In this document: piece after piece, positions 9,864-19,646 of the stretch
Layout: the number at the start of each line of letters is the position of its first letter
Position numbering within the stretch: position 1 is the first letter of the stretch
IMG/VR virus record: IMGVR_UViG_3300042258_000071
Coordinates: 172,444 to 236,443 of that record
From: a virus
Taxonomy: Duplodnaviria; Caudoviricetes
Reading direction: 5' to 3' (one strand)
DNA: 64,000 bases
Position numbers and translations under genes: made by a program
Notes under the pieces: generated by a model
Database searches by the model: none
What the model was told of the DNA's origin: nothing
The model's input: only the letters and a program-made list of their open reading frames with translations

Positions 9864-10313
9864 ATGACATATCCTAACCATTCCAGAATACTCGAAGAAT
9901 ATGCAAGTGAAGTTATCCCAATGATTTTAGAAGAATCTGAGAAACTCCACAACTCAACTCCTTTTCAGATCATGTCCAGCATCAATACCTGGGAACTTGT
10001 GGACACTGAATTGTCGTCTGTTCGAGGTATGTCTGAAGAAGAACTCAGAAATTCCATTATTGCAGACATACAGAATGTTGCATACTGGGGTATCAACAAT
10101 AAAAAACTCATTATGATGCCAGAAGACCTCCATCGTCATGTAGCTGACGAAGATCAGAAGCAGCGCATCATGGAAGCGTTCCAGCATAAAGACGTTCAAG
10201 ATCTCATCACAACATCCAGTGATGGAGGTTTGATCATTCGTGAAGATAGAAAATCTGAGGCAGAAGAATATTGTGGCGTATATGTTCTGACCCCATACCC
10301 CCACAATGGGTAA
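9864..10313 (+). CDS. hypothetical protein
   Basis: AAGGAG RBS. Confidence 0.75.
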   Translation: MTYPNHSRILEEYASEVIPMILEESEKLHNSTPFQIMSSINTWELVDTELSSVRGMSEEELRNSIIADIQNVAYWGINNKKLIMMPEDLHRHVADEDQKQRIMEAFQHKDVQDLITTSSDGGLIIREDRKSEAEEYCGVYVLTPYPHNG

Positions 10314-10818
10314 ACTACTCACATATCACATAAAGGAAGACGATATGTTTCATCATGTGGAAGTCGTTCTGCCAAATATGTCTGACTCTAAGGCCAAAAT
10401 TATTGCTACTAAAGTTTTAAATACATACCTCCCTCTCTCCGAATGTAGGTCGGGCTTTCATGAAATATTTGGATCATGGGAATTTGGGGGACAAGAAATT
10501 GAGCCACATGGGTGGCAATGGCAGGATTCGGATTCTACCATGGAATCAGAATACATTCGTCAACTTAAAACTCTCCCAAAAGACTATCTTTTATCTCACG
10601 CCGTAATTGTCGAATACAAACACCATCATGGCACCCCCAACGGTCCTAAGACGTGGGATATTTCCACACTTCTTATATCTCACATATGGAATGGAATTTT
10701 ATGGCAAAAAGCCGCATTTTCAGGAAACATCTTTGATACAGTTCACTATCACAATGAACGTAGCGAATCTAATATCACAGACGATTGGATTTCCGTAACA
10801 GCAACTTGTCAAGACTAA
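10306..10818 (+). CDS. hypothetical protein
   Basis: Overlaps the upstream stop (translational coupling). Confidence 0.7.
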   Translation: MGKLLTYHIKEDDMFHHVEVVLPNMSDSKAKIIATKVLNTYLPLSECRSGFHEIFGSWEFGGQEIEPHGWQWQDSDSTMESEYIRQLKTLPKDYLLSHAVIVEYKHHHGTPNGPKTWDISTLLISHIWNGILWQKAAFSGNIFDTVHYHNERSESNITDDWISVTATCQD

Positions 10819-10843
10819 AGAGTAATTGAAGGGAAAACTTATC

Positions 10844-11428
10844 ATGGTGCTTAAGGCATTGGAATCCTTAAAAGAATACACATTCAACTTGTATCATTAC
10901 AGTCCTGTTCCACGTACTTACTTATCTGCCACATCAACTATTTCACATAAAAAGAATATCGATATTGAAAAACGAGACAGATCAGACAGTATATCTCTGT
11001 TCTTTGACCCTGTTCCGATTGAACTTATCCGAAAACATTATCCAAAAGAATCTATGTGGAAAGCACCGCGTATTATTGAACATGTGGTTACAGTAAAAAG
11101 TCTCCCTACTAAACTCTCGTTTACGATTGTTGAAACAAAAAGTCTAACAAAACTCGCCGATGAAAAATGGGGAAAAATCCCAGAATCGGAGTATCTAAAA
11201 GAAGAAGAGAAGATTCATCGAAAAGAAAATACTCAGGGTTTAGGGAAAACTAATTTAATATCAATGATCCCCCAGTTTATGGGTGGAACAGAAGCTGCAT
11301 ATAAAAAACTTGTTAAACGCCCAGATTTTAAAGGGGATCTGGATACGTATTATGCGGCAACGGTTCCACATGTCATGCTCTGGGTTCCTACTGGTAGGCT
11401 TCTTGTACATAAAAAATATGCAATTTAA
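10844..11428 (+). CDS. hypothetical protein, paralog of 4962..5426; possible head-packaged protein
   Basis: Shared motifs with 4962; N-terminal ALE-S matches the phiKZ prohead-protease motif (S/A/G-X-E). Confidence 0.75.
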   Translation: MVLKALESLKEYTFNLYHYSPVPRTYLSATSTISHKKNIDIEKRDRSDSISLFFDPVPIELIRKHYPKESMWKAPRIIEHVVTVKSLPTKLSFTIVETKSLTKLADEKWGKIPESEYLKEEEKIHRKENTQGLGKTNLISMIPQFMGGTEAAYKKLVKRPDFKGDLDTYYAATVPHVMLWVPTGRLLVHKKYAI

Positions 11429-11628
11429 ACTACTGATAATCTTAAACACATTGTTCACAATAATGGTGACTTAGAGATACTCAATCTACCAATGAAAGAA
11501 TATTTAAACGTCCATACTTCAAGACCACATACCTGTTGTAAAAGATCCAATGTTTGCACTCAGATGATTTGCACAGGGCTGAACAGTAAATCATCTTCGA
11601 TTCAGACTCAACTTAAGGAAGTGTTATA

Positions 11629-12372
11629 GTGAAAAAGTCTCGGTTAGAAAGAATGCGTTTTGCACGTAAAAATAAAGAAACCAGTTCTAATGGCCCTGTT
11701 CTTAACGAAGATAAGGGTCAGTTTAATGGTTCCTGTAATCGAACCGCATGTCAAGCTCCACACGCCATCTGGTGGAACCGTGGTTCACATTCTCACTACT
11801 GTGCTAGATGCAAAACTATCCTCGATTTTGCAAATCGTCATGAAGCCATGCAGTTATTCCATGGACCTCTCTGTGTTCCAGCTAAATCGGAATCTGGATA
11901 CACACTCTTCTGTGCACCGGAAGGTTGTGAAGACAAATCCATTATGAACATTGCGGATCGAAGATTTAGTGAAAAACGTGATCCGAAGTTTGTACATCTA
12001 CATGATGTAGAATCTGTCATTTCATACTTGGACGACAACGGGTGTCCTGATATTCTCCAAATCGAAATGTCGGAAGATGAAACTGAACAAATCTTAACTT
12101 ATCTATATGGTAAAACTGAAAATAATCCAGAGTGGGTGGATGGTAAGTTGTATCACCTGAGGTTGTCAGCACTTGACCCTCAGTCCCCAAAAGATTCATC
12201 AAAAAGAGTATACTACGATCCAGAGATGGATGTGACTGCTAAAGAGAACACTTTTAAAGAGTTAAGAGTCTGTCTCATTCGAACCATGTTCACTGACTAT
12301 CATAAGTTCTTTAATCAATTAGAATGGCGTCGTTGTGAATTTGACGGTATTCTTAGTATGGTACAAATTTAA
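11629..12372 (+). CDS. hypothetical protein with a Cys-rich N-domain and possible degenerate receiver-like C-domain
   Basis: GSCNRTACQ...YCARC; VESVISYLDDNGCPDILQI. Confidence 0.65.
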   Translation: MKKSRLERMRFARKNKETSSNGPVLNEDKGQFNGSCNRTACQAPHAIWWNRGSHSHYCARCKTILDFANRHEAMQLFHGPLCVPAKSESGYTLFCAPEGCEDKSIMNIADRRFSEKRDPKFVHLHDVESVISYLDDNGCPDILQIEMSEDETEQILTYLYGKTENNPEWVDGKLYHLRLSALDPQSPKDSSKRVYYDPEMDVTAKENTFKELRVCLIRTMFTDYHKFFNQLEWRRCEFDGILSMVQI

Positions 12373-12471
12373 AGGGGATGGCGCATGTGTAGCGCCATCC
12401 TTCTCTTATCCTCTTACTCTTTTTTATTAATTTAAGAATATGGAGTTGAAGATTGATAACGATTAAAAGTA

Positions 12472-12486
12472 TATATTACTAAATTG
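12472..12486 (+). promoter_or_regulatory. early promoter TATATTAC-N5-TG
   Basis: Exact motif upstream of 12516. Confidence 0.75.
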
Positions 12487-12515
12487 AATTAACGTCTCAT
12501 AAAGGAGTTCCACCG

Positions 12516-13265
12516 ATGACTAGCGAAATAAAGACGATTTGGTTCTCAAATAAGATTCTGAAATTCCTAAAAATACGTTCTTTTGAACGCGGCCCTAAGA
12601 ATAAATTCATGAACTGGGTTTTACAAGGATCGTGGATCGAAGCTCATGGCATCTTCGGATTTGGACTTTCGCTATGCAATTTTCAAGATGACCAGTATGG
12701 ACACTTCAGTCTCTATATTCATCTAGGTTACCCGTCTATCTATCTTAAACTCCCTTACTTTAAAAGAGAACCTAAGGATGGCGGGATGATTGATAAGTGG
12801 GGTTTTAATTTCAATACAGATTTTCTTCATCTTAATTTTGGTCCAAACCGGGGGATGGTTATAGATCTTCCATGGAGTTGGTCCTTTGTCAGTCACAGTG
12901 TTTTACAAGAAGATGGTACTTGGACGACAGATTATTATCGAGACACTCCTAAAATGAAAACTGATGATATTCGAGCACATGCTCAATATGAGAAACATCC
13001 CTATACGTATACACCTCGGTATGGAGCCACTCATACGGTTCAAGCCGCTATAACAACTGAAAAATATGAATGGCGCATGAAATGGTTGCGACGCATTCCT
13101 ATTTTTCGTAAGATCCGCAGGTGTATAGATGTGAACTTTGAACGAGAAATAGGGGAAGACGTCGGATCTTGGAAAGGTGGCGTCATTGGATGTGGGTACG
13201 ATATGCTTCCAAACGAAACTGCTTTAGACACGCTTCGGCGTATGGAGCGAGAACGTAAATTTTAA
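12516..13265 (+). CDS. hypothetical phage protein (aromatic-rich)
   Basis: AAGGAG RBS; 249 aa. Confidence 0.8.
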   Translation: MTSEIKTIWFSNKILKFLKIRSFERGPKNKFMNWVLQGSWIEAHGIFGFGLSLCNFQDDQYGHFSLYIHLGYPSIYLKLPYFKREPKDGGMIDKWGFNFNTDFLHLNFGPNRGMVIDLPWSWSFVSHSVLQEDGTWTTDYYRDTPKMKTDDIRAHAQYEKHPYTYTPRYGATHTVQAAITTEKYEWRMKWLRRIPIFRKIRRCIDVNFEREIGEDVGSWKGGVIGCGYDMLPNETALDTLRRMERERKF

Positions 13266-13424
13266 GTAGGACACCTTAGTAGGAGTGAGAAGATCTCACT
13301 CCTGCTTATAGGCTTTATATCCGATAAGTAAGATCACTATCTTACCATCCTTATTTATTGAATATCGGAGAAGTAAAAGTTCACTCACGATAGACTTTTA
13401 AACATAAAAATGGGAGTTAAAGAT

Positions 13425-13733
13425 ATGTATACAAAACATGAGATTTTGAAGATTATCCAAACTCTCTATGATGCCGGACTATCTTCAGATGAAATTCTTA
13501 AAGGTCTTAAGAATATTCTTACAAAAGACAGGGAGGATCCCACTAGCACTGTTCTGGAATATGTAGAATGTGAACCTGGCGATCGCATTGAATTCAGAAA
13601 AAGCCGAGGGTTATCCCAAACTGAGATAGCACGTGTTTTAGGAGTCTCTCAGAAAACTGTTTCAAACTGGGAAACTACCTTAGTAACATGTGAGGATCTT
13701 AAAAAGAGACTCCCTATCTGTGAAAATATTTGA
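13425..13733 (+). CDS. XRE-family HTH regulator
   Basis: FRKSRGLSQTEIARVLGVSQKTVSNWE; GGAG RBS before ATG 13425. Confidence 0.8.
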   Translation: MYTKHEILKIIQTLYDAGLSSDEILKGLKNILTKDREDPTSTVLEYVECEPGDRIEFRKSRGLSQTEIARVLGVSQKTVSNWETTLVTCEDLKKRLPICENI

Positions 13734-13780
13734 CACTCACTGAAACCTCTATCATTAAAAAAATAAGAAGAGATATCAAA

Positions 13781-13808
13781 TAGAGAGTGCCCGCAAGGGC
13801 ACTCTCTA
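13781..13808. terminator. bidirectional terminator-like hairpin (GCAA tetraloop)
   Basis: TAGAGAGTGCCC-GCAA-GGGCACTCTCTA between convergent genes. Confidence 0.75.
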
Positions 13809-13816
13809 CTCACTCG

Positions 13817-14425
13817 TTAATATGTGCATTTCCAGTTAGTCGTCAGTTGACGACTAACATTTCCAACGTCCCTTAGCCATCCCACCCGATTTTTAGTAAT
13901 GACCAGATATTTGGCACCGGCTAACCGACGGGTGATCATGGCCGGTGTCCCGGTCAATTCTTTCAACCTCGGGAGGTACTTTGATCTGGCGAGATTTCGA
14001 TCAATTTTTAATGTCATGATGGGTGACATATATTGATCCCACCCTTCCTGGGCCACTGCCTCCGGTATTGACTCACGTTCTACGAACTGCAACCACCACA
14101 GATCAACAAGACCTGCGGCCAGTTTCCCCACTAGCCAGTCATTGTCATTGTAGAAGGCTCGGCGTTTACCGAGTTTTATTTCTGGGGTGTTCTCCAGGTT
14201 TGGTAGGATTAAGGTCGGTGTCGGGTATGAAGAGTCTGGATCTTCGATTTTAACCCATATGCCATCAATATATTGATGCCAGTGAGATTCTGTCCCTGGA
14301 CAAACCAGGTGCACACGCCGTACGGCGCTCCAGGCTTGCTTCCAAGCCTCTTTGTATAGAGACGTGCGATCTACGGTGATCACACCGTTACGGAAGCTGA
14401 AGAATGCGTTTGCACATTTAGTCAT
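13817..14425 (-). CDS. hypothetical protein (lone minus-strand early gene)
   Basis: AGGAG RBS and its own TATATTAC promoter on the minus strand. Confidence 0.8.
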   Translation of the reverse strand: MTKCANAFFSFRNGVITVDRTSLYKEAWKQAWSAVRRVHLVCPGTESHWHQYIDGIWVKIEDPDSSYPTPTLILPNLENTPEIKLGKRRAFYNDNDWLVGKLAAGLVDLWWLQFVERESIPEAVAQEGWDQYMSPIMTLKIDRNLARSKYLPRLKELTGTPAMITRRLAGAKYLVITKNRVGWLRDVGNVSRQLTTNWKCTY

Positions 14426-14457
14426 GGTAGTCTCCTAATTGAGAATGATGAAGGTAT

Positions 14458-14472
14458 CCTATTAGTAATATA
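14458..14472 (-). promoter_or_regulatory. early promoter (TATATTAC-N5-GG variant)
   Basis: GTAATATA at 14465-14472 on the + strand. Confidence 0.7.
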
Positions 14473-14691
14473 TATCTAAGAAGAAATGATTGTCAATATG
14501 GGGATATCGTCATGGAAATAAAAGATAGAATGACTGACCTTGACTAGGTGTCTTTTAAACTATAATAAGTAGCATATAACGCGTGTAGTGTGATTATAAA
14601 CTTTAACAAAGTATCCAATAAGTAGTGGTGGGATGCCCACCACTACTTCCATATTGTCACTTGTAATTCAGCTTTCTAAAGGAGACATGAA

Positions 14692-15033
14692 TTGGTAGAA
14701 TTTATTATTTGGACTACATACACTATCGTGGCTGTTATACTCTCTGTTGTTGGTTACATTGTGTACATGCAGATCCATTCCGAGAAATTCAAGGAACAGG
14801 CTGAAGATGCGATCATTAAGATCTGCGCAGAAAAGAGGTCTAACATTAAAGAATCTGATTACATAAAGTATCTCAGGATCTATTATAGATGCTGTTTTAT
14901 TCAAAACGTTGTCAGTGTGCGATCAAAAAGTATATCAGAAATTCAAGCAGATTCTAAGAAGATTGCCCTTCGAGATACTCAAAGAATGATTGATGCCGTA
15001 AATCGAAAAGGTGCAATAGGGAATCCTTCTTAA
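14692..15033 (+). CDS. membrane-anchored hypothetical protein
   Basis: TTG start 7 nt after AAGGAG; N-terminal hydrophobic helix. Confidence 0.7.
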   Translation: MVEFIIWTTYTIVAVILSVVGYIVYMQIHSEKFKEQAEDAIIKICAEKRSNIKESDYIKYLRIYYRCCFIQNVVSVRSKSISEIQADSKKIALRDTQRMIDAVNRKGAIGNPS

Positions 15034-15084
15034 GGTAGCACAAACTAAAAACATTACATCCTTATAATGGAAAGGAATTAGATC

Positions 15085-15561
15085 ATGTCGACCTTAAATG
15101 TCCGGACTATATCAGAAGAAGTTACCCTTATCGAATGTCAGGGGACCTTCCAGACCTCAACTCCTGAGCAACGTGCCAAGTACGAGAATCTCAATACCTC
15201 AATTGAAGGCGCCCTAGATCTCATCATGGCTGGTGAGATCAATTCATTTTATCTCATTGGGTGTGATTTTGGACTCTATCGTCCTTCTGAACCTTGTTGT
15301 ATGGTTCGAGTGTTTAGAGAAGCTGATAATCCAAAAGATCGCATCATCGCATGTCACTCCCTTAAATTTATGGATGGGGAATATCGCACCGGAAGCGGTC
15401 ATTACGGTCGATGTGACAGTGAAGCTACATTAAATTATCTCTCCGGAGAGTTCTTGAAAGCTTCTCTTATCAACAGCCAGATCGTAGAATTTATTCAGAA
15501 ACGTAACGGTGGAGAACCAATCCCGAATCATCAGCGGCTGTGCAAGGTCAAGATTTTCTAA
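15085..15561 (+). CDS. hypothetical protein
   Basis: AAGGA RBS. Confidence 0.75.
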   Translation: MSTLNVRTISEEVTLIECQGTFQTSTPEQRAKYENLNTSIEGALDLIMAGEINSFYLIGCDFGLYRPSEPCCMVRVFREADNPKDRIIACHSLKFMDGEYRTGSGHYGRCDSEATLNYLSGEFLKASLINSQIVEFIQKRNGGEPIPNHQRLCKVKIF

Positions 15562-15651
15562 TCAAACACCCGGAAAAGAGGAAGGTACTACAAAAAATGA
15601 TGTAACGATCCTTAACGTATAAAATACAGTTATCATTGTCAGGAGATTATA

Positions 15652-15685
15652 AGAGAAGGAAGTGCCTAGAGGCACTTCCTTCTCT
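15652..15685 (+). terminator. terminator-like hairpin
   Basis: AGAGAAGGAAGTGCCT-AG-AGGCACTTCCTTCTCT followed by a T-rich tract. Confidence 0.7.
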
Positions 15686-15720
15686 ACTCTTTATTTTTTA
15701 TCTCAATGGTACTCTATTTA

Positions 15721-15735
15721 TATATTACTTCTATG
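15721..15735 (+). promoter_or_regulatory. early promoter TATATTAC-N5-TG
   Basis: Exact motif upstream of the ligase gene. Confidence 0.75.
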
Positions 15736-15831
15736 ATAGAGGTTGTACTATTATTTCATACATTTAAAATGATGAAATTAAAAAGTACCACATACCCATA
15801 TATTCGGTATCACTTTTAAAAGAGAGGTGTC

Positions 15832-17103
15832 ATGTCTGTTAGAGATAAAATCTCATTCTTAAATAAAAAATTAATGCATCACAATGAACTGTATAGAAAA
15901 GATGGCGTCTCAGATATTTCAGATTCTGAATATGATGAAATGTTTGATGAATTGGTTGCTCTTGAAACTAAGTATCCTCAATATAAAATCTCCGACAGTA
16001 TCACGTCTAAAGTAGGACACCCCTCGTATCGAAATAAAGTTAAACACGAACAAAGAATGTATTCTCTAAGTAAAGTATTTGATATAGAAGAGCTTCATAA
16101 ATATTTTGCATCAAAAATAGATCATGACGTTCAAATGTATGCGGATCTTAAAAACGATGGGGTTGCTTTAAAATTAATATATGCAAACGGGAAGTTGAAA
16201 CATGCTCTCACACGAGGGGATGGAAAGATTGGACGTGATGTTACACAGAATATTAAATATACATCTAATCACCTGCAAATCCCCTACACCGCCCCATTAA
16301 CTGTAGTAGGTGAACTTACTTTAGCTAAAAAAGATCTTAAGAAAGTATCTGACCTTGCGGGTACTGAGTTTAAAACAACAAGACATGCTGTTGTATCATT
16401 TATAAATTCTAAAGAACCAAATTCTGATATAGGGAAATACTTGTCATTTTACGCCTATGGTGTATATGGAACTACCTACAATTTTCATAGTGAGGCATTA
16501 CGTTTCGTAGAGAAAGATCTTAATTTTAAAAGATCTCCCTGGGTACGATTTAAACTAAAAGATATATCTGTTCTAAACACCCTTTATAAGAGATGTCTTA
16601 AAGATCAGCAGACTTTTGATAATCCCATAGACGGGATCGTTGTTCGTATCGATGATTTAAGAGTATGCGAAGAGATTGGGTATACCGAACGTGCTCCAAG
16701 ATTTTCATTGGCTCTCAAATTTAAGGAAGATGGGCACCTTGCTGAAATATCTAATATCACTTTTAATTTCGGAGAGAGTGGTGTTATCACCCCCATTGCA
16801 CATCTAAAAGATCACGTGGTAATACATGGGGTATCTGTTAAGAAGATATCTTTACATTCTGTTGGGAACTTAAAAGAACTTGGTATCAATCCTGGGTCTA
16901 AAGTTAACGTCATCTTAGCAGGTAAAATCATCCCTCACATTCAATCTGTCATCTCCATAAGTAATCCATCCACATTCTCAATCCCAGATACCTGCTGGGT
17001 ATGTGGATCTAAGTTAACATTTAATACGAAACATCTTAAATGTCAGAATGTTAAATGTAAGGAACTTAGAAGTACAATGCCTTCTTCAGACATAAACATG
17101 TGA
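15832..17103 (+). CDS. ligA: NAD+-dependent DNA ligase lacking HhH and BRCT domains
   Basis: Domain Ia (Y...ISDSEYD), MYSL, KNDG adenylation motif, TRGDG, IDGIV, PRFSLALKF, OB fold (G.IIP); ends right after the Zn finger CWVC...CQNVKC. Confidence 0.9.
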   Translation: MSVRDKISFLNKKLMHHNELYRKDGVSDISDSEYDEMFDELVALETKYPQYKISDSITSKVGHPSYRNKVKHEQRMYSLSKVFDIEELHKYFASKIDHDVQMYADLKNDGVALKLIYANGKLKHALTRGDGKIGRDVTQNIKYTSNHLQIPYTAPLTVVGELTLAKKDLKKVSDLAGTEFKTTRHAVVSFINSKEPNSDIGKYLSFYAYGVYGTTYNFHSEALRFVEKDLNFKRSPWVRFKLKDISVLNTLYKRCLKDQQTFDNPIDGIVVRIDDLRVCEEIGYTERAPRFSLALKFKEDGHLAEISNITFNFGESGVITPIAHLKDHVVIHGVSVKKISLHSVGNLKELGINPGSKVNVILAGKIIPHIQSVISISNPSTFSIPDTCWVCGSKLTFNTKHLKCQNVKCKELRSTMPSSDINM

Positions 17104-17810
17104 ATATATGGAGCAGTCTAATGCTAGATGCGACGCCACTCACACTAGACCAACTATATCAACTATATAAAGTTCGAGAAGTAGAAGGAACCCTTTTAAT
17201 GAATATGTATATCACTCTAGGGGTCATCTTGGTGACCATCACCTTATCAAGTATTGGTTTGTGGTTTTGTTTTCACACTTATCAGTTAAAAAGGTCTCAA
17301 CTAAAGAAACTTCCGTTAAAACAACTGTCTTTTCAAAACTCTAATACACAAAATGATCCTTCTTCTCAAAAGGTGTATGATTCTTCCATCGAACCTCTTA
17401 TTAAGAAGAATCTTAAAAATATTGAAGATCAACTTTCAGCAATATTCAAACTCAACTTTGAAGAGTCAAAAAGTTTAACACTTAATACAGTAGAGTACGA
17501 GTTGATCATGGAGTCTCTTAATGAAACTTCTCGAGTTAAACGTCCTATTCTTAAACTTAACGTTAATATGACTCACGAGATTTCAAATTCTTCTCCATCA
17601 AAAATGGACTCCCCCGATGATGATGACGACGAGGCTTTCACCGATTCCATCTTATCTGTATTTGAAGTCTTCGGTGTTCCTGTACCAATATTTCCTAAAA
17701 GTAAAAAACTGGAAATAGATGTACGTGGGTCTGGACCTAAATGTATGGAGATTGACATGCATCTTGGTGTTTATTGGGATATGGAATTAAGGGAGTCACA
17801 GAATGTCTAA
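17100..17810 (+). CDS. membrane-anchored hypothetical protein
   Basis: TM segment YITLGVILVTITLSSIGLWFCF; acidic patch. Confidence 0.7.
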   Translation: MNIWSSLMLDATPLTLDQLYQLYKVREVEGTLLMNMYITLGVILVTITLSSIGLWFCFHTYQLKRSQLKKLPLKQLSFQNSNTQNDPSSQKVYDSSIEPLIKKNLKNIEDQLSAIFKLNFEESKSLTLNTVEYELIMESLNETSRVKRPILKLNVNMTHEISNSSPSKMDSPDDDDDEAFTDSILSVFEVFGVPVPIFPKSKKLEIDVRGSGPKCMEIDMHLGVYWDMELRESQNV

Positions 17811-18405
17811 GCCCATCATTTTCCTGACAGGTGTCCATGGAAGCGGTAAATCAACACTTGCTGAAAGATATGCCTCTGAAAATAGTCTTACATATATCCC
17901 ATCAAGTGTTAGTGATATTCACAAAAAATATGGCGTTACTGTTGCACAAGAAATCGATCTTGATCTAAAACTTAAGATTCAACATGAAGTCCTTCAAACC
18001 TGGAAGGGTCATCTTCTAGGTATCTTTGAACAAGGTACAGGAGCTATCTTTGATCGATGCCCTGTTGACTTCTATGTGTACACAATTATGGCTATTCGAA
18101 AAGACAGTAATACAAAGCACTGTGCTATCATGCAGAATTATCTTGATGAATGTATACGTATGATGAAGCAGGTTATGGCAAGTTTTAGAGTACATCTCAT
18201 CTATGTATCTCCCATCTCTCAAGACGATCTGTTAACATCAGATCGTGGAGTCTATAAAGCACCTCCAGGACCATTCGCACAGATGTTTTCAGACATCATG
18301 ATAGGCTGTCTTTACAGAAACGAGCTCCCTGCTCAGATCATAGAGGGTCCCCTTGATAAACGATACTCTCATATGGCAACGCTTATTCGTGATCTTATGA
18401 CTTAG
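17803..18405 (+). CDS. P-loop nucleotide kinase (NadR/AAA_28-like)
   Basis: IFLTGVHGSGKST Walker A; IFDRCPVD motif. Confidence 0.8.
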   Translation: MSKPIIFLTGVHGSGKSTLAERYASENSLTYIPSSVSDIHKKYGVTVAQEIDLDLKLKIQHEVLQTWKGHLLGIFEQGTGAIFDRCPVDFYVYTIMAIRKDSNTKHCAIMQNYLDECIRMMKQVMASFRVHLIYVSPISQDDLLTSDRGVYKAPPGPFAQMFSDIMIGCLYRNELPAQIIEGPLDKRYSHMATLIRDLMT

Positions 18406-18424
18406 CCCATAGTGATATCATCTA

Positions 18425-18439
18425 TATATTACTAAAGTG
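18425..18439 (+). promoter_or_regulatory. early promoter of phuZ
   Basis: TATATTAC-TAAAG-TG; shares TATCATCTATATATTACT with the 20860 promoter. Confidence 0.75.
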
Positions 18440-18473
18440 ATCCACTCCAACGACCAACATAAGGTATGTTCAC

Positions 18474-19538
18474 ATGAATGACTCTGCAACACCTGCAGCT
18501 GAGACAACATCCTACCAACCCGTGGCAGCTGTCGTACCATCGACGCCTTCGATCACGATATATGCTTGTGGAGGGTGTGGGATCAACATGCTTCGCAGTA
18601 TGAAAGATGCCATCTCTCCCTATATCGATAAAGTGCGTCGCATTTGCACTGCGGATGCAGATATTCGGTCCGGGGAAGAAGTTTATATGGTGTCTGGAAC
18701 TAAAGGATCGGGATCAGGGACCATCCGATCCACAAATGCAGATGCTATTTTTAAGTATGTTGCAAATCTTGATGATGAAGATCTTGGCTACTCAGATATC
18801 AACATCATCCTCACCTCATTATCAGGTGGTAGCGGAAGTGTCATAGCGCCTGCGCTCATAAAACGTATCCATCGGCGCTCCGGCGGAAGTGCCCAGTTCA
18901 TCTTCATCGGCGTTGGACATACGTCCTCTGAAACATTTACTAATAATACTCTTAATTCTCTCAAGAGCATGGTAAATATCACTACCACAGATAAGATCTA
19001 TCTCCCCTCGCTTATCTTTGATAACAGTAGTGTTGGGGAAGATATCGTAAACGCTACTATGAAATACCGGTTAACACAACTGGTGTATCTCTTTGCCCTA
19101 CCGACTTATAATCTAGACCCATCTGACCGTAAAAACTTCTTAAATGGCATCCGCACGATGAATGCAGCGCCTGGCATGCGTCTCTTGCGCTTACATTCCG
19201 TAGATGAGGAAGACACTCATGTCAACACTGGTGAAGTGTACCATCATGAAGAAGGTGAAATTTTCGACGCCTTATTGTCCATTGGTCATGAGACTGAGGA
19301 TGGGGGTCGAAACTACATCAACTGGTCAAGTACCGTTCGACATGTTCGTCAGGGTATTTTCAAATCTCAACGCATAACGGCATTAGCAGCGTCCATCTCT
19401 TCTTCAGATGCCGGGATCGCTTCATTGATGAAAGAAATTGACAACCAGGCAACTCGATTCCAAAGTCAATCTAAACATGTCACTTCCATCATTCGGGTTG
19501 ACCCCAGTGATACGAATGAACATGGCATGGTGCTGTAA
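18474..19538 (+). CDS. phuZ: phage tubulin PhuZ
   Basis: IYACGGCGIN (T1 loop), GSGSG, SLSGGSGS tubulin signature, LDPSD T7 loop, C-terminal EHGMVL tail. Confidence 0.9.
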   Translation: MNDSATPAAETTSYQPVAAVVPSTPSITIYACGGCGINMLRSMKDAISPYIDKVRRICTADADIRSGEEVYMVSGTKGSGSGTIRSTNADAIFKYVANLDDEDLGYSDINIILTSLSGGSGSVIAPALIKRIHRRSGGSAQFIFIGVGHTSSETFTNNTLNSLKSMVNITTTDKIYLPSLIFDNSSVGEDIVNATMKYRLTQLVYLFALPTYNLDPSDRKNFLNGIRTMNAAPGMRLLRLHSVDEEDTHVNTGEVYHHEEGEIFDALLSIGHETEDGGRNYINWSSTVRHVRQGIFKSQRITALAASISSSDAGIASLMKEIDNQATRFQSQSKHVTSIIRVDPSDTNEHGMVL

Positions 19539-19559
19539 GTAGTTACACTGTACCTTTTA

Positions 19560-19595
19560 GGAGAGGATGGGGATCCCCGGATCCCCATCCTCTCC
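19560..19595. terminator. palindromic terminator-like hairpin
   Basis: GGAGAGGATGGGGATCC-CC-GGATCCCCATCCTCTCC. Confidence 0.7.
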
Positions 19596-19646
19596 GATGG
19601 TCATATTTAATTTTTCAAATAAATCATCTCAGGAGATTTATAAAAA

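Noticed and set aside
11418-11628. TTTAAAC slippery-like site and open frame after the 11428 stop
   Set aside because: The heptamer is in the wrong phase for canonical -1 slippage and has no clear stimulatory structure; more likely a decayed small ORF.
14687-14698. Apparent frameshift (ATG AAT TGG TAG) before ORF 14692
   Set aside because: The SD-ATG spacing is only 2 nt; TTG 14692 is optimally spaced, so no shift is needed.
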